In this document: positions 24,701-32,279 of the stretch, piece by piece
Position numbering within the stretch: position 1 is the stretch's first letter
Layout of the letters: every line of letters begins with the position of its first letter
Assembly (NCBI GenBank): GCA_946965045.2
Contig: OX337231.1
Location: forward strand, 2,852,001-2,916,000
DNA from: Epithemia pelagica
Lineage: Eukaryota > Protista > Bacillariophyta
Reading direction: 5' to 3'
Length of the DNA stretch: 64,000 nucleotides
Notes under the pieces: model-generated
Told to the model about the DNA's origin: nothing
What the model saw: the letters and a program-made list of their open reading frames with translations, nothing else
Database searches by the model: none
Translations under genes and position numbers: made by a program

Positions 24701-26412
24701 CTACAACGAGACTCATTGAAACTATGACGGCTGCCTTTCGCTTCTCCGTTTCACCGTTTCTCAACGCATGGATGGCATCATCTACAGCAAGTTTTGGTAC
24801 ACCACCGTCTCCTACTATGCTTAAGGCTGCTAAAAGTGATCCTGACACCTTGTCTTACCAAGAAGCAATGGCAACTGACGAATATTTGGAATGGTGCAAG
24901 GCTGCAAACAGGGAAATTGATGAGTTGACCGAAAAAGGAACATGGAAGGAAGTCCCTGCAAGCGAAGCAAAGACAAGAATCATTCCTGGCACGTGGGTAT
25001 TCAAGAGGAAGAGGCACCCTGACGGCACCATGAAAAAGTATAAAGCAAGATACTGTGTCAGAGGTGACCTTCAAGAAGGAACATTCGAGACGTACTCACC
25101 TGTCGTTTCATGGACCACCATTCGGATTGTTTTGGTTTTGGCCCTCACCCTCGGTTGGGTAATGGTGTGTGTCGATTTCAGTAATGCCTTTGTGCAGGCC
25201 GAGCTCGACGAGCCAATCTGGATCCAAATTCCAAAAGGGTACCACTCAACGTCGTCCGTACCAACATGCCTCCAACTGTTGAAGAGTCTGTATGGTTTGT
25301 CCGTGGCCCCTCGGTTGTGGTATCTGAAGTTGAAACAGGCCCTACTTGATGATGGGTTCCAACAAAGCAACCATGACGAATGCTTGTTTCTGAAGGAAGA
25401 CATGATTGTGTTCTTGTGGGTTGACGATTGTGGGATCATCGCAAAGACCATGCAAACTGTTGACGACTTCATCAAGAGATTGGAAAAGGCAGGGTTTGCC
25501 TTGACAAAGGACAGTGACTTCGCCGAGTACCTTGGCATCAACTTCGCGCACAACAAAGAGGATGGAACCATCAGCATGACACAACCAGGATTAATCAAGA
25601 AAATTGTTGCAGCAACCGGGATGGAGAACTGCAACCCCAATCGAACTCCAGCAGCACAAGCAGCACTTGGAAGCGACGAAGATGGACCACCCATGGCAGA
25701 AAAATGGCACTATCGATCCATCGTCGGAATGTTGTTGTATCTTTCAAACAACACCCGACCCGACATTGCCTTCGCCGTCTCGCAAGTTGCCCGATTCTCC
25801 AACAACCCCAAAGCAAGTCATGCAAAAGCTATCAAGTGGATTGTCCGATATCTGGCCTCGACAATGAACCAAGGAACCATCTTCCATCCAACCACCAAGT
25901 ACCAGCTTGATTGTTACGTCGATGCTGATTTCATGGGGCTTCATGGACGCGAAAAAGAAGAGAAGCCAATCAGCGCCAAATCTCGAACCGGGTACATCAT
26001 CAACTTTGGAGGCTGTCCGCTGATTTGGAAGTCACAGCTCCAGTCAGAAACCGCTCTGAGCACCTTCCACGCGGAATATGTTGCCTTGTCTCAGTGTATG
26101 AGAGAAATCTTGTGGATCCAACGAGTTTTTCAAGAGATCAACAGCACCTTGAAATTGCCAACCGACACACCAAACATCCACGCAACTGTGTTTGAAGACA
26201 ACAACAGTGCCTATCTTCTGGCAAACAGTCAAAAGGTGAGCAACCGATCGCGGAGCCTGAACTGCAAGTTCCATTTCTTCTGGGAGATGATCAACAACAA
26301 ATCCGCCACTGTAGAAAAATGTGATACAACTGTGATGCGCGCGGATTATTTGACGAAGGGACTGAACCACGAAGTGTTCGAACGCCTTCGCAAGTTGAAT
26401 CAAGGTTGGTGA
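18790..26412 (+). CDS. Copia Gag-Pol polyprotein (~2540 aa) with a large extra region
   Basis: Gag with WCGVCRRWTTNH..QH knuckle (~20068-20121); protease IVWDSGAS (~22594); integrase HYRLGH/CAAC, SADHF, HTDNG, VAERAI; RT YKARYCVRG, LKSLYGL, WVDD; RNase H YVDADF, AEYVAL, EDN, ADYLTK. Confidence 0.95.
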   Translation: MSAPAPPPPPTTTTTFRPTKPIMGDLIQTDETKWAVWTGGKPNATWTGLDSSAATHDKTPFQRRFAKDASAFEARCAGLPHLFKKGHNLNQFMKDIKETLEIRGMDTITYLVDPADPTVMRNIISEHTRFTAEYVSTVAATQKKKYDSYDVQNDTAAIQMFKASLDSRLVQQVKNRLKPDMCFLEAWMILITVVQTDSVDKYDKLKQDIKSRTPFLYSGQNITTMAQTTRESCDDLVAAGFFEQSLVLTILESFLLADGSEFYKQSLLQLHSKVHSKILDIRYKHHDDQQRAMEADGISYDDICRIADDLYVTDVAKGRWSPAVSNRDSKTPARAFSNLSTVQTLALQQHMTSRQSNRPKNKSNSFQSSSNRSRSSGNQSTHRSNRSQSDNNSRSSNRSSGSTNWRRVPPTDPNESTRAVDGVTYYWCGVCRRWTTNHTTEQHCSGMGKNNKKPQRPKPQANTFCTDVSAWAARFPLYSPIRSVRAASPPVESDSSSAGSSVPDSFWDNFSNDSAEDDDHVNADALPDQASNDVHVFHGNDLVPEWAMDDDDDFAADNSSTDLLSLDAAAPKADDDANSHDSTMSWTNVDDLVMDSKPSATTLQAMPAAFPSVARPSVQFEDPSSSPDTSKADDAKLCGEVPSASLQHDCDTSAVHDSVQSARSPTSVHEPPLSQRDKVLSSEFVYDACTALLENLDLTGDLTDPKTQAPASPDELDVMLSTASEYLLHLHTACAKEPDSALRQDLLDKIPLHQTRLKQIWLYVLDQEMTFGSPYQDRRPLLSTTHDAVWHLANAPLPVFDAASSTPSDAPDSKPPPAEPQPSDHAVELSSSPMPPTKKPRTDPHATYLCFLKHPKLKVTPVDFSDAFTSVPFDHVPVPRTVSFRPRRSPSPRVPSRRPRAVPSKAKPQPKPNKKKKKFHRRRFHAQRPRPPPVPRPKPLPPHLRCLQRPYLPPNYVPPHHVSKSTAWSLGKRLKFGLLGCLSVLLSCEAIGYPCLSFVARLLWRLGCHLPVLFCWFSLALCVTSLCPKLEARAQSWFYGPPSQDQTIPWTPFWRLIAPTLFPSSSFASREGERTQPTGHPPCYGISSIPVDCQDKFVRNPDQPSISITYRSKDELPTRPYILDHPFRTFTEQYEYRQRKMYEYILKKPERDRYRSPNHPDSLLDTEHLRMACVAAAKVFNELHKLSKWNAARQRKFQPNKTNKKNKWNKNKSKRKDENELNFGSARKSLPSKLMACSAIKRYSAALKMALQAPSKFRGSMTDSTMFPIVWDSGASTAVSFCKKDFVGPIEPLEDEEMQLSGVAQEVKVEGTGFVKWSMMDESGGLRTFVLPALYVPLSTIRLLSTTHLLQTYPGESITQTNSSVRLSGIKDDPKRRSIRVHIDPENNLPQCYGYTDKGIKKATRAMANTVSCVDDANLNLSAPSKEWLKWHYRLGHVSFRKLQMLFRSGVLAGTESAKRLHTAICKLVTPPLCAACQYGRQKLRSSPGQKTIKIQDNEGALKRENLFAGQCVSADHFVNSTKGRLFTSKGKTTEDKMYSGGCIFVDHASGYIFVAFQTHLNTHETLKAKDAFEQHCSDVGVVVQQYHTDNGSAFTSAKYTDHLKQFRQITSYAGVGAHHHNGVAERAIQTIMSISRTMMLHSSIHWVDVADPSLWPMAVQHAVFLFNRLPNTDTGISPFDLFTRTRWEQRRFHDCHVWGSPVYVLDKTIADGKKIPRWKPRSTRGMFVGFSNQHAHSSPLVLNLETGAITPQYHLIFDDWFATVTATDSSDRAATADAVLTKIFGDLSNHLHAPGYESCDGDDSEDWYSVSDATSFHRHSQNVEKISEAIDHTSPIVPLAVPPLPARASSPLTPSRVTPATPFPTVTPSVPTPVAQSESVEPPHDTSPRKVSFAEPPVSDPVSVSSVPRESAPSVDPVETPSTKPSVDPVETPSPKPAATVTPSPKTPPSSRQRESTSPPVRRSGRERKPTTRLIETMTAAFRFSVSPFLNAWMASSTASFGTPPSPTMLKAAKSDPDTLSYQEAMATDEYLEWCKAANREIDELTEKGTWKEVPASEAKTRIIPGTWVFKRKRHPDGTMKKYKARYCVRGDLQEGTFETYSPVVSWTTIRIVLVLALTLGWVMVCVDFSNAFVQAELDEPIWIQIPKGYHSTSSVPTCLQLLKSLYGLSVAPRLWYLKLKQALLDDGFQQSNHDECLFLKEDMIVFLWVDDCGIIAKTMQTVDDFIKRLEKAGFALTKDSDFAEYLGINFAHNKEDGTISMTQPGLIKKIVAATGMENCNPNRTPAAQAALGSDEDGPPMAEKWHYRSIVGMLLYLSNNTRPDIAFAVSQVARFSNNPKASHAKAIKWIVRYLASTMNQGTIFHPTTKYQLDCYVDADFMGLHGREKEEKPISAKSRTGYIINFGGCPLIWKSQLQSETALSTFHAEYVALSQCMREILWIQRVFQEINSTLKLPTDTPNIHATVFEDNNSAYLLANSQKVSNRSRSLNCKFHFFWEMINNKSATVEKCDTTVMRADYLTKGLNHEVFERLRKLNQGW
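24534..24603 (+). repeat. 36-bp in-frame tandem duplication in the IN-RT linker
   Basis: PSVDPVETPSTK-PSVDPVETPSPK. Confidence 0.85.
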
Positions 26413-26471
26413 CACGACGTCCGCCCTTCACACCATCCGTATCTTTCTTTGCTACCCCTCTCATTCGATCT

Positions 26472-26479
26472 AGAGGGAG
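26472..26479 (+). promoter_or_regulatory. Polypurine tract
   Basis: agagggag directly 5' of the 3' LTR. Confidence 0.8.
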
Positions 26480-26808
26480 AGTCAGAGTTAACTAGGACGG
26501 GAAGATCTCGGAGAGGTCTGACCGCCAACGAACTAACCCGTGGGAAAACTACCCTCCCACGGATTTCCTAACATAACCATGCGGGAGTCTAATGTTCCTA
26601 TGATTTAGGTCAAGTCATGGATGAAATGAACCAGACAAGGAACGAATAATAGACGACCTTGGAAAAGCAAAGTTCTAGAATAAACAACCTTATAATATCA
26701 TCAGAACAACTTTGCTAAAGCAACTTGTTCGTCAAACTTGCTACAGAGGACTGATCAACTCTGTAGCGAGCCCAGTGGTATTGCCTAGTTTACTTGCGTA
26801 CTCTGATT
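26480..26808 (+). repeat. 3' LTR (329 bp)
   Basis: 328/329 identical to the 5' LTR; followed by TSD ACGAT. Confidence 0.95.
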
Positions 26809-27035
26809 ACGATGTGACGTAATCTTAGTCCCATACACTCGTGACTTACATCAGTGCAACAACACAGAATATTCTGTCAAAAAGACACGTGAAGGTGATG
26901 TTGCGTCGTCCGAAGTTCGTCGTTGGATTCGTTGGATTCGTTGGATGAGTGATTGTGTTGGCACAAAAGTGGCAACAACTGCTGTTGTCCTGGTGTGAGG
27001 CTTTGAGAAGAGAGAGACGAAGAGCGTTTGTCGCC

Positions 27036-27944
27036 ATGATGGAGAAGCCTGCAAAGCGGTCGTGCTTGCTTGTACTCCTTGCTATATTGGGTGCGAGGGA
27101 ATCATCATGCTTCCTTTTGCCAGGGTCGGAACCTTCATCTCAGGTAAACTTTCCCTGGAAAAGAACATATAATTTTGAAGTCAATGGTCGTACCGGAGAC
27201 TGCGAAGACATGCCTTTGATACCACAAGAGGAGCAAGTGTCTCGGCGGAAAATGATAAGCGGGGTGGTAACTGCTGCGACGACCGCCACAGTCCTTGTCA
27301 ACACCAAAACGGCAGAGGCGCGTCCAGAAGCTGTCAATAGACCTGATTTGCTTCCTAAAGAACCCGGTCTCAATGTGATTCAGATTGAAAAATTCTTGAC
27401 ATCCGGACAGGCCAATCGCATGGATCAAATGTTGGGTGCACTGGAACAAGATACAGGCTTTCGTGTCCGTGTCTTGTGTCAAGCATACCCCTACACTCCT
27501 GGCTTGGCCATTCGTGATTACTGGGATTTGGGCAAAGAAGACCAAAAAGACGATAAGTACGTCGTGTTGGTGGTCGATCAATTTGGTGGCAAGGGAAACG
27601 TGCTCAACTTCAATGTTGGAGATGGTGTGAAACTGGTGTTGCCCAACAGTACGTACTATCATGTTGTCGTGTAGAAACCAATGTGTCCTTCTACAGCTGA
27701 GTGACGATCGTTATTCTCACATATACACTTGGTTCTGTGGCCATATCTTTCGCTTTTCTCTGTAGTTTTTTGGAACCGTCTTTCCAGTACCTATGGCACA
27801 TTGTTCTACGTTCGAGACAATGGAATTGATTTGGCTATTATCAATGCTATTGAGACAATTGTCTCTTGTCTGCGCTCGGAAGAACAGTTTTGTGTAAACA
27901 TTCCCGATACTGCACCCAGCATGAAAAGTCTTGGAATGTCCTAG
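27036..27944 (+). CDS. Thylakoid lumenal TPM-domain protein (TLP15-like), 2 exons
   Basis: KFLTSGQ...LEQDTGFRVRVLCQAYPYTPGLAIRDYW...NVLNFNVG...FWNRLSSTYG resembles the plant lumenal 15-kDa TPM protein; signal peptide + F and an RRK-hydrophobic-AEA TAT-like lumen signal. Confidence 0.8.
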
Positions 27945-28298
27945 GCCATTATCTAGAAAACATCGTGAACCTCTTTCTATCATTGTATGAAGGCTGACCG
28001 GATTGGATACTGCCCTTTCTTTCATCCCAAGCCTCTTTTCCTAGCCAATAGCTCATTTCCTGATCGTTGTGATCAAAACCATTCAGGTGCATGCAGAAAC
28101 TTGGCGCATACAATGTATTGTATCACTCTCCAAAGCGATTTTCCTCCGTGAGATCGGCATGCTGGCTTGTAGCCTGAACGTTTTCCCTCAGTCGAATATC
28201 TCTTTGGACCATGAAGGTTTGTTGAGCCTTTTGCACAACCCACGACCACGGCAGTGTGTAGCCAATCATTGTTCTTTATGCACGGTCTATCTTATGTC

Positions 28299-28352
28299 CG
28301 TTGTTTTTGTGTTGTGTATGGGAGTCGTTGTTTTTGTGTTGTGTATGGGAGT
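28299..28352 (+). repeat. 27-bp tandem duplication
   Basis: cgttgtttttgtgttgtgtatgggagt occurs twice. Confidence 0.8.
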
Positions 28353-28900
28353 CGAACATGAATAAAGCACATTTCATGTGACTAACAGAGAGGGTTCAAA
28401 GAACAATTGATCTCGCCGAATGGTATCCTCTAGATATTACATACTCCTAGCATTACGAGTATTACTCCTAGCCCACGGGATCTAACATCTCTACCTTATC
28501 CTGATTCCTGATTGGCTAGTGCTCAACTACTCGTAGCATTACTATTATGACGTGGCAACAATGAAGGTGATCCCGCGGACGAGGATCGTGAAAGACAATG
28601 GGAAACAAATTGAAGTGCTGGCTATCCGCCTCCAATCACATTCCTCGGATAAGTCAAATCATGCTCAGACACAGTTCGCTGAAGTTTGATGAACTCGTAG
28701 TTGGACTCCGATGACCTTGAATCTGAGATCACATGCCCATTTTTTGGTCTGGCGATCAAAATTAAATCCTTTTCCATTATTTGTGATACAGAGCCAAGAT
28801 GATAGTGAGAATTCGCAAGGTATTGACGAATGTCGCCGCGAATCGAGTCATCGAAGCGAACAAGCGCAGGACCAAGACTCCAGGATGGAAGCATGCAACT

Positions 28901-30166
28901 ATGAATCGCAGAAAGCGCATCTATTCGAATCGTCGTCGCTACAGACCACCTAAGGCGGATTGTCCTGAAGAAAACCCTCATGAGGCTGTTGTTCTTCAAA
29001 CAACACTGAACTGCCACGATATCTTGTTGGGGAGAGGCAATGGTGTAGCTCGAACAAAGGGAAACATGCATTTTCGCTGCGTCGTCTGGGATCATAAGAA
29101 GCTCTACCGTCAGGCGCCTAACACAGAAAAACAAGCCATTGCCGAGAACGTCTTGAATTTGATTGGAAGTCTCGATCCTCCAGGACGTGTCCTTGAGCTG
29201 CTGCCGCGTTCCACAGTTCTTACTGGCGGAAACACTAAAGAAGACATTGAGGGTCAAAATGGTATGTTTGCCGTGGTATCCAAAGCCAGAGCCATCGAGA
29301 AGGCATGCCAGGCGTTGAGGGAACTCAAATGCTCAACACCTCTTGGTTATGAGGAGTATCGAAAACGCAAAAACCATGCTGTCATTGACACCCATCAAGA
29401 GTCTGTTGCCGCTCCCGCGAAGGGGGCAGACCCTTCGGATTTGACCTGTGAGGAAAGTACACACAACAACCCTCAACGAACGTCTTTAAGAAGTATGACC
29501 AGAAGCATCAATCGAGTTTCTGTGTGCGAAGAAAACTCGTCACGTTACAACCAACAAGAGTCCCAAACTTCTAGTGAAACGACAGCAGATGTTGTTCTCA
29601 GTCAAGTTCCACCAAGTGAAGAAGAGAATAATGTCCGATCCGTCGAACTACCACATCAATCACGTCTGGTAGAGAGTCGAACTGTTGACATTAAGATCGA
29701 AGAGCTGTCCGACGAAGAATGCCTTGCTAGAAACAAAGCAAATCATCATTTTGATTTGGATGAATACTTTGATGAAATGGTCTCGTCTGTATTGCCGCCA
29801 AATCTCAAGCCATTTTCCAGCGGGATCTTGTACAATAACATGGACGGGAGACCACTGGAGTGTTGGACCTCCACAAACGCCAGACGTCTGCACCATCAGG
29901 AGACACCTTGGCCTCTTTGCTCTCTTGAAAGCATTCCAGATACCTTTGCCACTCATCCAGGCGCCCCCGATGCTCATTGTCATCTCATAGAAGGTCCCTC
30001 ATGCTTTTCTAGAACAGACTTGAAAAAGTCGTCAGCGTTGATCCAAGATGATGGTCTCCTTGTCGAGCCTCCGATACTGCAGAAAAACACGTCTCTTTCG
30101 TTTATTGAGGTCGAGCCTCCGTCTCTCCATTTTACCCATTCTCTCTCGCTTCACCAACTTTGTTGA
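28901..30166 (+). CDS. DUF6824-like diatom protein
   Basis: DILLGRGNG...GNMHFR...EKQAI...PPGRVL...AIEKACQALRE, followed by a low-complexity tail. Confidence 0.75.
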   Translation: MNRRKRIYSNRRRYRPPKADCPEENPHEAVVLQTTLNCHDILLGRGNGVARTKGNMHFRCVVWDHKKLYRQAPNTEKQAIAENVLNLIGSLDPPGRVLELLPRSTVLTGGNTKEDIEGQNGMFAVVSKARAIEKACQALRELKCSTPLGYEEYRKRKNHAVIDTHQESVAAPAKGADPSDLTCEESTHNNPQRTSLRSMTRSINRVSVCEENSSRYNQQESQTSSETTADVVLSQVPPSEEENNVRSVELPHQSRLVESRTVDIKIEELSDEECLARNKANHHFDLDEYFDEMVSSVLPPNLKPFSSGILYNNMDGRPLECWTSTNARRLHHQETPWPLCSLESIPDTFATHPGAPDAHCHLIEGPSCFSRTDLKKSSALIQDDGLLVEPPILQKNTSLSFIEVEPPSLHFTHSLSLHQLC

Positions 30167-30415
30167 AGAAAAGATGTTACATGGCCAACGTCATCCTTGG
30201 GACTCGATGCAAAAATAAAGAAGTGCTGGAACGCTGCATTTTTGTGCCTTCACCGGGGAAGTGAGAAACGCCACAGTACCAGCATAAAGCAGTTAAACAT
30301 ATAAAGTGAATACATAGATACCGACTGCAACAAACCAAGCACTAGACATCGACATTAGATTTGTATTCCTGTCCAAGGGTAGAGGTCAGGTGACAGCGTG
30401 TCACACCGTGAACCA

Positions 30416-31435
30416 TTAAAACCCTGACTCGTTCAACACTTTTTGGAACGCGTCCCGAGCAGCAAGTGTTTTGTAGTACTTGTGGACGCGTGGATATGGT
30501 GTTAACAAACGATCCGTGAGACCCAACCTTACTATGCGGTGCAAAATGACTGCCCACGGAATATCAATCAAGGTTATCGTTGAGTTGCTCAGGAGGAAAA
30601 CGTCTTCTTTCCCTTGGTCATCTGATGACTTTTCCTTTTTCTTCGCCTGCAATTCGAGTTGCTTCTCAAGCGCTGACGTGGCTTCTTCTGCTTCCGAAAT
30701 AGCATGCCGTGTAGTCGATTCATCACACTTCAAGTATGAATTTACCACGTATTCGATTTTTTGTTCGTAAATTGATTTAAGTTGAGGGTATTCGTCACAA
30801 AGGTTTTGGAGGTGCGGCACTTTATTTGACATGTAGTCCCTATGTCGAGGGACATCGGCAACAAGTTTCTGGAACTCAGAAGTCTTCATGGCTGTCTTGA
30901 GACCCTCCGGGTCGTCATCATACATCAGCTCAGGATGCGTTAAAATCCCGAAGGACAAAAGTACCGTGGGGAACGCACGCATCAGTTTGTCCAATTGATT
31001 ATGACGAAGGATATCTTCAGAGTCACAAAGAAGCGAATGTCCTTTAGTTGCAAGATGCTTTGCAATATACTGGATTATATCCGCTGAGTCATTCACAACA
31101 TGAACGGCATCATCTCCATCTTTCCCACTACGTATAAGTGGAATTCCACGCGTCACTGCCTTCGAGATTGCCTCTTTCAAGAGCTCGTCGGCGTCGGTCT
31201 CTTTGCCTTCTTCTTGTCCAACGCTTTTGCTAGGATCCGCAACAACCAGGGATGGCACCACCATCTTTGGATTGATCACGGCATACTCTGGGTCGTACTG
31301 CTCCAGCTTTCCCAGGCTGATAGAGTGCGGAACAAAGGAAACCCCGCCTTCATAAAGAGTCAAGAGTACCTTGTGCGAACAAATCGAACTCGGGTTAAAG
31401 TATGCATGGACAACAGAAACTTCTGGCTGAACCAT
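30416..31435 (-). CDS. Glutathione S-transferase, GDAP1-like
   Basis: SICSHKVLL...EQYDPEYAVINPKMVVPSL (GST N-domain) and TLIDIPWAVILHRI...LLTPYPRVHKYY (GST C-domain). Confidence 0.8.
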   Translation of the reverse strand: MVQPEVSVVHAYFNPSSICSHKVLLTLYEGGVSFVPHSISLGKLEQYDPEYAVINPKMVVPSLVVADPSKSVGQEEGKETDADELLKEAISKAVTRGIPLIRSGKDGDDAVHVVNDSADIIQYIAKHLATKGHSLLCDSEDILRHNQLDKLMRAFPTVLLSFGILTHPELMYDDDPEGLKTAMKTSEFQKLVADVPRHRDYMSNKVPHLQNLCDEYPQLKSIYEQKIEYVVNSYLKCDESTTRHAISEAEEATSALEKQLELQAKKKEKSSDDQGKEDVFLLSNSTITLIDIPWAVILHRIVRLGLTDRLLTPYPRVHKYYKTLAARDAFQKVLNESGF

Positions 31436-31785
31436 CGTATCTTCGATCGCTCAAGAGCAAAGATCAGAAAGTCGTGATCAGGTAATGGAACGTTGTTCTT
31501 TAATGTGCATCGGTAGTTGTTCAAAAAAAGTGATGGGGATATGGGATATGGATATGGTATCTCGAGAGAAGTCCAAAGAATTCTCTAAGGCTCCAACGAA
31601 AACAGCTGCAGAGGCCGGCCAGACGGTCCATAACTTGGTCGCTTGTGTAACGCATATACGTTGTATACTCCTCCCTCTCCCTGCCGCAATCAAACAAACT
31701 TACATAAAACGATAGAACTCACTACGGCCGCTCCGTTGTAGTCGTCCTGTTCCGCGCTACAATACACAATTGAAGCCTCGTCACC

Positions 31786-32250
31786 ATGGTGCATCTCCCG
31801 TCTTTCCTTGTTGGATCACTCTCTTCAGGTGCCATTTTTCTTCTTGTCCATCAGGAACTTTCACACCGTCAACGATTATCGAAAAAATGGATAGTTCGAG
31901 GTAGGAGATAGCCTCACTTCCTTGAATTTGAAAGCCTGTGTTTGTTTCAACACTCACACTTGGTTATCCACTGCTTTGTCTTTGCGCCATCAGAGAAAGC
32001 TGAAGAGCAAATCCGAAACATTGCTGCCCAAATTCGAGCATCGCGGATGAAACCAGATGCTACACCGCTCGCACCCGGAAAGGTAAGGCATTCGTTTATT
32101 ACATGCACAAACATCATGTCCCGGCAGAAAATCTCACCCGTCCTTTGCGTCATCTGTTACTCGTTTAATGGAAAGTCTGCAAGTACGCAAATGGCAGAGA
32201 TATGGAATCAAGGCGTCTCCTTCTTACAAGAGTCATTTAGAAAAGATTAG
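31786..32250 (+). CDS. Small single-TM protein (~92 aa), possibly MIC13/QIL1/Mic12-like
   Basis: Exons 31786-31900, 31994-32082 and 32176-32250 with in-frame GT-AG junctions; N-terminal hydrophobic helix; C-terminal IWNQGV. Confidence 0.55.
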
Positions 32251-32279
32251 AAAACGTTGTATGTACATAACCCAGAAAA

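Larger units (their letters stand above)
18150..26808 (+). mobile_element. Full-length Ty1/copia LTR retrotransposon (CoDi-like), 8659 bp
   Basis: Two 329-bp LTRs, 5-bp TSD ACGAT (18145-18149 and 26809-26813), PBS, PPT, single uninterrupted gag-pol ORF in PR-IN-RT-RH order. Confidence 0.97.

Noticed and set aside
19024-26415. Many antisense or alternate-frame ORFs (60-230 aa) within the retrotransposon and host genes
   Set aside because: Shadow ORFs of long coding regions in ~48-50% GC DNA; no domain motifs seen
18152-26806. Alternative LTR boundaries TC...GA (perfect inverted repeat)
   Set aside because: These give no TSD (gatag vs ttacg), whereas 18150-26808 gives the exact ACGAT
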